From assembly GCF_018336915.1 (NCBI RefSeq), contig NZ_CP064923.1:3802385-3826384 (forward strand): DNA of 24,000 nt, in the 5' to 3' direction. The notes below the pieces were generated by a model. It was not told where the DNA came from and searched no databases. It worked only from the letters and a program-made list of their open reading frames with translations. This document shows, piece after piece, positions 15,264 to 22,821 of the stretch. Every line of letters starts with the position of its first letter. Within the stretch, counting starts at the first letter, position 1. Made by a program: the position numbers and the translations under genes. Origin of the DNA: Acaryochloris marina S15. GTDB lineage: Bacteria; Cyanobacteriota; Cyanobacteriia; Thermosynechococcales; Thermosynechococcaceae.

Positions 15264-17924
15264 ATGGAACAGCTAAAACGTTGGAAAAAGATTAGTTCTC
15301 CAGTCAATCGAGAGTTGCCGCTGCGTTTTATTCTGATTGTTCTATTTGTTCTGCAATTATTGGTTTCTGTTGGCCTCGTAGGCTACTTATCTTTGCGTAA
15401 TGGTGAAGAGGCGATAGAGGACTTAGCCAATCAGTTGATGTCAGAGGCAGGAGATCGGATTTCAGAACGACTCAATATTTATCTGTTGACTCCTCATCAA
15501 GTCAATCAACTGAATGCGAATGCCCTCGATATGGGGCAACTCCAGCTCAATGATCTCCAGAGTATGGAACGCCATTTCTGGCGTCAGAGCCAAGTGTTTA
15601 AGTTGATTAGCTATATTCAATTTGGCAATTCGCAAGGGGAGTTTGTAGGCTTAGCGGTCAATGATGATGGTACGCTCACCTACCAAGTGACTGAAAAGAC
15701 GGGAGCACTGCAAACCTATAGTATTGATACCAAGGGCGATCGCAAACAGTATCTTGAAACATCCCCTAATTTTGATGCTCGTCAGCGTCCCTGGTACATT
15801 GTGCCTCAACAGGTTGATAAATCTGCCTGGACAGAAATCTATCCCTGGGTAAGTCCGCCCACCTTAGCCATCACGTTAGGTCAGCCCTATTATGATACTC
15901 AGGGAAAATTCCAGGGCATTTTAGCGACGGATCTATCCCTGGCCCAAATTAGTGATTTCCTGAAAGAATTGAGTTTGTGTGACTCTGGCCGGACGTTTAT
16001 TCTGGAACGCTCTGGTGACATTGTTGCAACTTCATCCAATGAGCTGCCGTTTGTCTGGCGGAATCATCGGCCCGGAAGATTGATGGCTAACCATAGTGAA
16101 GATGGTATTGTCCAGGCTACTGCTACTTATTTAGCAAAGCAAACGGGAGGGCTTCAGCAGATCAATGCTCGACGCCAAACCCAATTCTCTATTGAGGGGC
16201 AGCGATATTTTCTACAAGTGATGCCGCTGCAAGATCAGCATGGATTAGATTGGCTCAGCGTTTTGGTTATTCCTGAGTCTAGCTTTATGGCTCAGATCGA
16301 TGCCAACACGCGAACAACACTGTTGCTCTGTTTTCTAGCGTTGGGGTGTGCGATCTATTTGGGCATTTGTACTGCCAGCTGGATCGCTAGACCCATTCTC
16401 CGTTTCAGCCAGGCTAGCCAAGCAATGTCCTCGGGGCAGTTTGATCAAACGGTTTCTGTTAAAGGATTTAAGGAAATTGGTGTTCTCCAGCGTTCCTTTA
16501 ATCGCATGGCTGAAAAACTGCAGACCACTTTTTGTGATTTGGAAGCGGCCAATCTAGCCTTAAAGAAAGAAGTGGCAGAGCGACAACGGGCCGAAGAACA
16601 GTTTAAGCATCTGGCACTGCACGATCCTTTGACGGGGTTCCCCAACCGCGCTTTTTTTATGGAGCAATTGGAACGAGCGGTCAAGCAGGCGCAGCGTCAT
16701 CCCCATTATTTATTTGCAGTCCTGTTTATTGATTTAGATCGGTTCAAGATTGTCAATGATAGCCTCGGACATCAAGTGGGGGATCAGTTACTAGGTGCGA
16801 TCGCACATCAGCTTCATTCCCTTGTGAGAGCTACAGATATCGTGGCTCGATTGGGGGGAGATGAGTTTGTCATTCTTTTAGAACCCATTGAGGAAGTCAA
16901 CGATGCCGTGCGAGTGGCCGATCGGATTGTGCAAGAATTGAGCTCTCCTATTGATTTAGGGAATCGGCAGGTCTTTATTTCAGCCAGTGTGGGTATAGCC
17001 CTGAGTTCGCCAGATTACAGCCAGGCTACGGATATTCTCAGGGATGCAGATATCGCCATGTATCGGGCCAAAAATCGAGGCAAAGCTTGTTTTGAAATCT
17101 TTAATGAACGGATGTATATGCAAGCATTGGATCGGTTGCAAGTAGAAAATGACTTGCGGCAAGCCATTGACTACCAACAGCTCCGGGTGTTTTATCAGCC
17201 CATTGTCGATATCCAGACCGGTAAATTATCTGGGTTTGAAGCGTTAAGTCGCTGGCCTCATCCAACGCGAGGATTTATTACGCCAACTGAGTTTATCCCG
17301 ATTGCCGAAGAGACGAGCTTGATTGTCCCTCTTGGGGAATGGATTCTGCAAACGGCTTGTCAGCAGATGGCAACTTGGCTGCAAACCTATCCTGCTGCAG
17401 TGCACTACTCCATCAGTGTAAACATGTCAATTAAGCAACTCAAAGATCCAAACCTGCTCACCAAGGTTGATAGAGCTTTAGAACAATCTGGATTAAACGG
17501 TCACCAATTGTCTTTAGAGCTGACTGAAAGCATTTTGATGGAGAATGTGATCGAATTAAAGGTAATTTTAAATCAATTGAAAGATAGAGGAATTCAACTC
17601 AGTATTGATGATTTTGGTACAGGGTATTCTAGCCTCAGCTATCTCCATCTTTTTCCCTTCAATACAATCAAGATTGATCAATCTTTTATTAATCGGATTG
17701 GTGAACAGGGCGAAAATCAAGAAATTATTGAAACGATCATTAGCTTGGCCAATCAGTTGAAAATGGATGCTGTTTCGGAGGGGGTTGAATCCAAACAGCA
17801 ACTCAATTACTTGAAGAAGCTATCTTGTCAGAAAGCCCAAGGAAACTATTTTTCTCAACCTTTGTCGGGTGATGCCGCTGAAGTCTTTATTCTCAATAAT
17901 CCTCAGCTAATTCAAGTTCATTAA
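15264..17924 (+). CDS. Membrane sensor with periplasmic dCache-like domain, HAMP, GGDEF and EAL domains (c-di-GMP cyclase/phosphodiesterase)
   Basis: 886-aa ORF with two TM helices (FILIVLFVLQLLVSVGLVGYLSL; LLLCFLALGCAIYLGICTASWIA) bracketing a ~300-aa extracytoplasmic domain. A HAMP-like segment follows. The GGDEF motif is intact (LGGDEF, 16854-16868) and is preceded by an RxxD I-site (RATD). The EAL motif (EALSRW, 17238-17246) is accompanied by DDFGTGYSSL, KIDQSF and EGVE. Confidence 0.9.
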   Translation: MEQLKRWKKISSPVNRELPLRFILIVLFVLQLLVSVGLVGYLSLRNGEEAIEDLANQLMSEAGDRISERLNIYLLTPHQVNQLNANALDMGQLQLNDLQSMERHFWRQSQVFKLISYIQFGNSQGEFVGLAVNDDGTLTYQVTEKTGALQTYSIDTKGDRKQYLETSPNFDARQRPWYIVPQQVDKSAWTEIYPWVSPPTLAITLGQPYYDTQGKFQGILATDLSLAQISDFLKELSLCDSGRTFILERSGDIVATSSNELPFVWRNHRPGRLMANHSEDGIVQATATYLAKQTGGLQQINARRQTQFSIEGQRYFLQVMPLQDQHGLDWLSVLVIPESSFMAQIDANTRTTLLLCFLALGCAIYLGICTASWIARPILRFSQASQAMSSGQFDQTVSVKGFKEIGVLQRSFNRMAEKLQTTFCDLEAANLALKKEVAERQRAEEQFKHLALHDPLTGFPNRAFFMEQLERAVKQAQRHPHYLFAVLFIDLDRFKIVNDSLGHQVGDQLLGAIAHQLHSLVRATDIVARLGGDEFVILLEPIEEVNDAVRVADRIVQELSSPIDLGNRQVFISASVGIALSSPDYSQATDILRDADIAMYRAKNRGKACFEIFNERMYMQALDRLQVENDLRQAIDYQQLRVFYQPIVDIQTGKLSGFEALSRWPHPTRGFITPTEFIPIAEETSLIVPLGEWILQTACQQMATWLQTYPAAVHYSISVNMSIKQLKDPNLLTKVDRALEQSGLNGHQLSLELTESILMENVIELKVILNQLKDRGIQLSIDDFGTGYSSLSYLHLFPFNTIKIDQSFINRIGEQGENQEIIETIISLANQLKMDAVSEGVESKQQLNYLKKLSCQKAQGNYFSQPLSGDAAEVFILNNPQLIQVH
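15736..15743. repeat. HIP1 octamer GCGATCGC
   Basis: Exact match read from the sequence. Confidence 0.95.
16797..16804. repeat. HIP1 octamer GCGATCGC
   Basis: Exact match read from the sequence. Confidence 0.95.
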
Positions 17925-18087
17925 GTAGCCAACTGATCGTATGGCTTAGGGATTCACGAGTATGTTTAGTAATCATTGAGGTCAAAACAGAGGAGAAATT
18001 AACTCTCGCAATGTGTAAAAGTTGAGAAGTTGGAGTACGGCAACATTGTAAGCCTTAACTTTACGTATTGAGGGGTAATTCTCTCGA

Positions 18088-19176
18088 TTAGGAGGCTATT
18101 CGATAAGCCGGAAAAAACGTGGATTGTTGAAGTTTCTCAACCGGTACATCAATAGATTGAGCTCGATGTTGGAGTAATTCAGAATAGGCTTCGGGATTGA
18201 TAATCAGTCTGAGGGTATAAAAATCATGCTGCTGCCTAGAAAAGCCGGACTTAAATTTAAATAACCGATCTTCCTGAGATCCTCCTACTCCCCCGCCCAG
18301 GTGTAGAAATTCATTGCCCCGCTCTTTTGCCCAGAGGCGCATATGATGGAGCAATAAGCTAAAGGGAGACTGGGACATAAATGCCGTACGAGTCCCACCT
18401 AAGTGGGCTTGAACGATGCCACAACATTCAAAAAATAAGCTGGCAGCAATAATTTGGTCGGTATTTTCTACGATGCAGCAGTGCAGCTTGTCACCTAAAT
18501 TGAGTAAGTCTTCAAAATAGTCTTTATTGAAGTAATAGGATTGAGTGGCCGAAACCCGATTCATTGTCTCGGTATAAATGGACGTAAAGACTTCCATGCT
18601 CTCAGAATAAGGAACGATTCTGGCTTGCAGTCCTAACCGCTTGCACTTATTAATGGTGCTTTGGTGCCCTTTCCTTGTATGGGCCCAAATCTTGGACTCC
18701 GATTGCAATAAATCAACTGAAACAGTTACACCATCTGGGGTGGCAATAGAGGAATCAAGGTGCTCAATATACTGAGCGCTTAAAATAGGATGAAGTCGAA
18801 AGAAAGCTGAACAAATATTTTTAGCTTTAAAAGCTTTAATGACCTCTTTGAGTGCTGACTGAATAAATGCTGGGTCTTTTATTGCTTCTTGACTCAAGAC
18901 TATTCCCGAGTATCCATAGGGAGAGATAATATCGAATATTTCTCCACCTTTTAGATGCTCAGGGTAAAAGTCTTTACAGGAACGAAGCAAGTAAGGTAAA
19001 AAAAGTATTTTGCTTTCTTCTTGAATAATAATCGCTTCAGCAGGAGATTCTAACCGTTTGGATTCAATGGAAACGTATGCAGGTAAGTGATAAATATCAT
19101 GTCGAATACCATCCAGAACTTGAAGCCAGAGAGGATTATCTAATGCAAGTATCTGCACATCCATTTGCGATTTCAC
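18088..19176 (-). CDS. FemAB/CelD-like (Acetyltransf_6-type, double-GNAT) transferase, paralog B
   Basis: 362-aa ORF, paralogous to the upstream gene. Shared blocks are HDIYHLPxY, SPxGYSG, ICSAFxRLHP, NKxKRLGL, ECxGIVQxxLGGT, WAKxRGNxxLHLGGGVG, FSxQxHxFYT and FFPAYR. The LHLGGG...K..FS tail is typical of FemAB-like/BioF2-like acyl(aminoacyl)transferases found in glycan loci. Confidence 0.7.
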   Translation of the reverse strand: MKSQMDVQILALDNPLWLQVLDGIRHDIYHLPAYVSIESKRLESPAEAIIIQEESKILFLPYLLRSCKDFYPEHLKGGEIFDIISPYGYSGIVLSQEAIKDPAFIQSALKEVIKAFKAKNICSAFFRLHPILSAQYIEHLDSSIATPDGVTVSVDLLQSESKIWAHTRKGHQSTINKCKRLGLQARIVPYSESMEVFTSIYTETMNRVSATQSYYFNKDYFEDLLNLGDKLHCCIVENTDQIIAASLFFECCGIVQAHLGGTRTAFMSQSPFSLLLHHMRLWAKERGNEFLHLGGGVGGSQEDRLFKFKSGFSRQQHDFYTLRLIINPEAYSELLQHRAQSIDVPVEKLQQSTFFPAYRIAS

Positions 19177-19224
19177 CTATGACTTATATTGCAGACTTGG
19201 TAAAAAATGAGTGGAATCTAAACC

Positions 19225-20304
19225 TCACTGGGGATTAGATTTGTATCGGTAAGCTGGAAAAAACTGAACAGAGTTTAAATGATCAAGATCAATATTATGG
19301 GATTTTGAATGGGATTCAAGGAGCTGTTTATATTGTATCGGTTTAATGATAATAGATGCTGTATAAAACCCATGCCTTTGTTTCGAGAAATTCGCTTTAT
19401 ATTGATAAAGACCATCTTCCGTACATCCTACTCCTCCGCCTAAATGGAGCATGGTGTTACCGCGCTGCTTTGCCCACAAACTAGTTTGGTAAAACTCCAA
19501 GCTAGTGGGAGAAAGTTTTAATCCTTCAGGAGTTGTGCCCCCTAATAATCCTTGGACAATGCCAGAACATTCAGAATAGAGTCCAGCAGAAATTATTTTA
19601 TTTTGGTATTCAACAACACAGACAAATAGTTTATGACTAAGATGCTTTTGTAATAGATAAAAGTAATCTCGATTGAATGAAAAAAAGCTGGTCTCAGCCT
19701 CGACCCTCTGCATCGTGGCTTCATAGATATTACAAAATTCAGTGATGTATTCAGAAAATGGCTTGACCTTAGCTATTAACCCCAGTCGTTTACCTTTGTT
19801 GATTTTATTCCTCTGACTTTTATGGGTATGACTCCAAAGGTCTGATTCTGAAAGCTCTAAATTAATGGATACCGTTTGACCCACTTTTTTGATGAGAATG
19901 TCCTTCATCCCTTGGGGATGAACTGTATTGAGACTAGGGTGAAGGCGAAGAAATGCTGAGCAAATCCCCTGTTCTTTAGCTAAGTGGAGAAATTGCTGCC
20001 AAGCATTAGGTCTAAATGCTGCATCTTCTAAGGCTGCTGGACTGAGTAAAAATCCAGAATAACCATTGGGGGAAGTGATGTCATAAACTTTAGCGGATGC
20101 TGCTGGAATGGAATGGCAAGCACGTCTTAAATAGGGAATAAGACAGACTTTTTGCCCCTCTGTAATTAGGATTGCTTCTGGAATACTTTGGGTTCTTAGG
20201 GCCTCACAATATAGATATTCAGGTAAGTGATAAATGTCGTGAGCGAGGTGAGTCAGGGTGCCTGACCATAAGGGATCGCGCCAATCCAATACTTTTATTT
20301 TCAT
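19225..20304 (-). CDS. FemAB/CelD-like (Acetyltransf_6-type, double-GNAT) transferase, paralog A
   Basis: 359-aa ORF that starts 6 nt after the PhyH-family stop. It shares the conserved blocks listed for paralog B, with roughly 40-45 percent identity by eye. Confidence 0.7.
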   Translation of the reverse strand: MKIKVLDWRDPLWSGTLTHLAHDIYHLPEYLYCEALRTQSIPEAILITEGQKVCLIPYLRRACHSIPAASAKVYDITSPNGYSGFLLSPAALEDAAFRPNAWQQFLHLAKEQGICSAFLRLHPSLNTVHPQGMKDILIKKVGQTVSINLELSESDLWSHTHKSQRNKINKGKRLGLIAKVKPFSEYITEFCNIYEATMQRVEAETSFFSFNRDYFYLLQKHLSHKLFVCVVEYQNKIISAGLYSECSGIVQGLLGGTTPEGLKLSPTSLEFYQTSLWAKQRGNTMLHLGGGVGCTEDGLYQYKANFSKQRHGFYTASIIIKPIQYKQLLESHSKSHNIDLDHLNSVQFFPAYRYKSNPQ

Positions 20305-20310
20305 TACTGA

Positions 20311-21231
20311 TTAAGATTCTGACCATAGTTCTGGAAATACATTCGGGTCACTAAAGTCTGGATCGTCGTTGGGGAGGGTTCGACAAAGCTGTTCGTCAAA
20401 CATATGAATGGCTTGACCTTTGTCATTCTTGTAAGGGCGATAGCGGTTGGAGGCATCTTGAAGATGCACTGCGATCGCAAGGCGGTTTCGTTGACTGTGG
20501 TTCGGGTAGCTGCCATGGATGGTCCAACAGTTATGGAAGCTGACTTGGCCTTTACGTAGGGTGAGGGGAATTTCTTTGATTGAATGATTAATGCCAAGCT
20601 GCTGGAGCTGTGTCGATAGGGTGGTTAGGTCAGTCTGACTAAAGCCTCGCAGATGCTCTAAGCCTGACCATTTATGACTGCCATCGATCACCACTAATGG
20701 CCCCATGTCAACATCGCAGTCATGGAAAGGAATCCAAGCAGTTAGCAGCTGATCAGAGGTACAGGTGGCCCAGTAAGCCCGATCGGCATGCCAACCGACG
20801 CTAGTTTGGGCGGTGTGATCCTGAGGGGGCTTGTAAACCAGTTGATCATCCAGGAGGCGGATTTGTTGAGTGCCCGCTAATTTTGCTGCAATTGCCCCCA
20901 CCATTGGCTGGAGTGCTAATTGCCTCAGGGCTTGACTTTGTAAAGACACAAATTCGTTATTGCGAATAGTGTCAAAGCCGTCACTGGGCTGCCAATTACT
21001 GTAGCCTTCGTTGACGGGAAGAACCGTATCACGCTCCCCCCGGTAGTAGCTTTCCGTGCCCGCGAGCGCTTGCTCAATAACGGTATCCGCAATGACGGGT
21101 TGAGAGATAAACCAGCCATGCTGACGATAGAAATCAACATCTTTGTCCGTGGGTAGCAGAGCCTGTTGCCGGGCACTTAAGGATTGATCCAGAGACTCCC
21201 ATTGCATAGTAGATAGGGCTTGAGGGCTCAT
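20311..21231 (-). CDS. Phytanoyl-CoA dioxygenase (PhyH) family Fe(II)/2-oxoglutarate oxygenase
   Basis: 306-aa ORF with the HxD iron motif in VGWHADRAYW, the LTAWIPFHDCDVDMGPLVVIDGSHKW block, and a distal His and Arg in TIHGSYPNHSQRNR. Its ATG overlaps the upstream gene's TGA (ATGA at 21228-21231). Confidence 0.85.
   Translation of the reverse strand: MSPQALSTMQWESLDQSLSARQQALLPTDKDVDFYRQHGWFISQPVIADTVIEQALAGTESYYRGERDTVLPVNEGYSNWQPSDGFDTIRNNEFVSLQSQALRQLALQPMVGAIAAKLAGTQQIRLLDDQLVYKPPQDHTAQTSVGWHADRAYWATCTSDQLLTAWIPFHDCDVDMGPLVVIDGSHKWSGLEHLRGFSQTDLTTLSTQLQQLGINHSIKEIPLTLRKGQVSFHNCWTIHGSYPNHSQRNRLAIAVHLQDASNRYRPYKNDKGQAIHMFDEQLCRTLPNDDPDFSDPNVFPELWSES
20471..20478. repeat. HIP1 octamer GCGATCGC
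   Basis: Exact match read from the sequence. Confidence 0.95.
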
Positions 21232-21863
21232 CGATCTAGGGTCCCCATAAACTCTTCTGAGGTCGCAAAGCCATCTTGATTAATGCCATCTCGCCGCAGC
21301 ACTTTCCACACCGTCAGAGCTAGGATTTTGCAATCGAGCCACAGAGACCAGTGGTCAATGTACCAAACATCCATCTCAAATTTAGATTCCCAACTAATGG
21401 CGTTGCGGCCGTTAATTTGAGCTAGTCCCGTAATCCCTGGTAATACTTCATGACGACGATTTTGTTCTGGGGTATAACGGTCAAGATACTCGACAATTAA
21501 GGGGCGAGGACCTACAAGACTCATATGCCCTAGAAACACATTCCACAATTGAGGCAGCTCGTCCAAACTTGTCTTGCGGATAAATTGGCCAAAGGGCGTC
21601 AACCGCTGTTCATCAGGAAGAAGTTGGCCATTACTATCCCGCTGATTAGTCATGGTACGGAATTTATAGAAGGTAAAAATTTGGCCATTTTTACCAGGGC
21701 GAGGTTGGGTGAACCAGGAGGGCCAACCCATCTTGATGCAGATTGCGATCCCAATGATCCCTAAAATGGGTGTGAGCAGGATAAGGGCCAACAACGCAAC
21801 TGTGCGATCAATAACCCACTTCGAAACAATCTGAATTTGGTGATGGACAGAGGAAGAAGCCAT
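21228..21863 (-). CDS. Small monotopic phosphoglycosyl transferase (bacterial sugar transferase, PglC/WbaP-C-terminal type)
   Basis: It has a single N-terminal re-entrant helix (ALLALILLTPILGIIGIAICI), FYKFRTM, the catalytic Asp-Glu in SLDELPQLWNV, SLVGPRP and PGITGLAQINGRN. The track starts at TTG 21872. I prefer the ATG at 21863..21861 (MASSSVHH...). Confidence 0.88.
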   Translation of the reverse strand: MASSSVHHQIQIVSKWVIDRTVALLALILLTPILGIIGIAICIKMGWPSWFTQPRPGKNGQIFTFYKFRTMTNQRDSNGQLLPDEQRLTPFGQFIRKTSLDELPQLWNVFLGHMSLVGPRPLIVEYLDRYTPEQNRRHEVLPGITGLAQINGRNAISWESKFEMDVWYIDHWSLWLDCKILALTVWKVLRRDGINQDGFATSEEFMGTLDR

Positions 21864-22821
21864 GATGATCAATCGTCAAAGTCGCTAAAAGATGAACGGA
21901 TTATCCTGGTAACTGATGTACCCCTCGTCTTGAGATTAGGAGTTAAACAATAAGATTCACTGATTCAACTGCTGTAGAAATATCTTTTGATTAAACCTGA
22001 ACAGATCTTTAGAAGAACTAATATTTTTGTAGATCAAAAAATATTAATTTATTTTTGGATTCAAGATGCTCATTAATCTTTGCATCAGTATAGTCCTTTA
22101 TGAAAAAAAATTGAACTAAATTGATACTGATGATAGTTAGCTTTTAGGAGTCGAAGAGAAAATCCTTTGTGCATATATCAATGGAGCCGGACATAATCGA
22201 AGTTAGTAAAGACCTGAATAACAACAGTGAAGTAGCTGTTGTTTGGCACTAACGTATGTGAAGCCATGGAGCGACTCTTATCATTCTCTATCGTTAGCAT
22301 AGAAAGTTTTGAAGCTATATATCTCTATTCCCTGATAAAGATGGATGGGCTCAAGAGGACAATTGTCAGCCATCGAAAATGATTATGTTCTCCAATCTCA
22401 AGTTAAGAGAGTCTGAGGTTGATTTCTATCGAGAAAGGAGAGGCGGTTTGACGGGGTGATGGCAGTTCAGAAGTGATCATTATCAATTGAATAGACAACT
22501 GCATGATTCCAAGTTTTTCTTATGCTTCAAAGTGTATAAGGGGCAAAGGTTAGCTACTTTTTATGCATTTTATAGATGTTTTGCATCCAACATCAAATTT
22601 TTTGTATGAAGCCAAGAACTGATCTTAATTGACCGTTAATGTCTCTCTGTTAATGAATATGGGACCCCCTTTCTCTGTTAACTTGTGTTCTGGGAGACGA
22701 ATGATCCTGATTGAGCCCAAGAACTTCTGGGAGATAAACCAACCTAGAAACCGTCACCTATAGTGGGAGAACATCAGAGCCTTAGGAGCCTGGTAAATCC
22801 TTCTCTGGACTGGGGGCATCT

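Noticed and set aside
11381-21764. Other short track ORFs nested in or antisense to assigned genes (11381-11608, 11716-11904, 12720-13040, 12934-13131, 13485-13676, 16348-16557, 16445-16684, 16980-17177, 17568-17801, 20172-20354, 20304-20597, 20925-21176, 21549-21764; also 1245-1439, 9401-9685 and 23779-23979)
   Set aside because: Each overlaps a longer ORF with strong family motifs, and none has recognisable features of its own.
21864-21872. TTG start codon for the phosphoglycosyl transferase as given by the track
   Set aside because: An in-frame ATG three codons downstream (21863..21861) is the more conventional start. The difference is three residues and does not affect the call.
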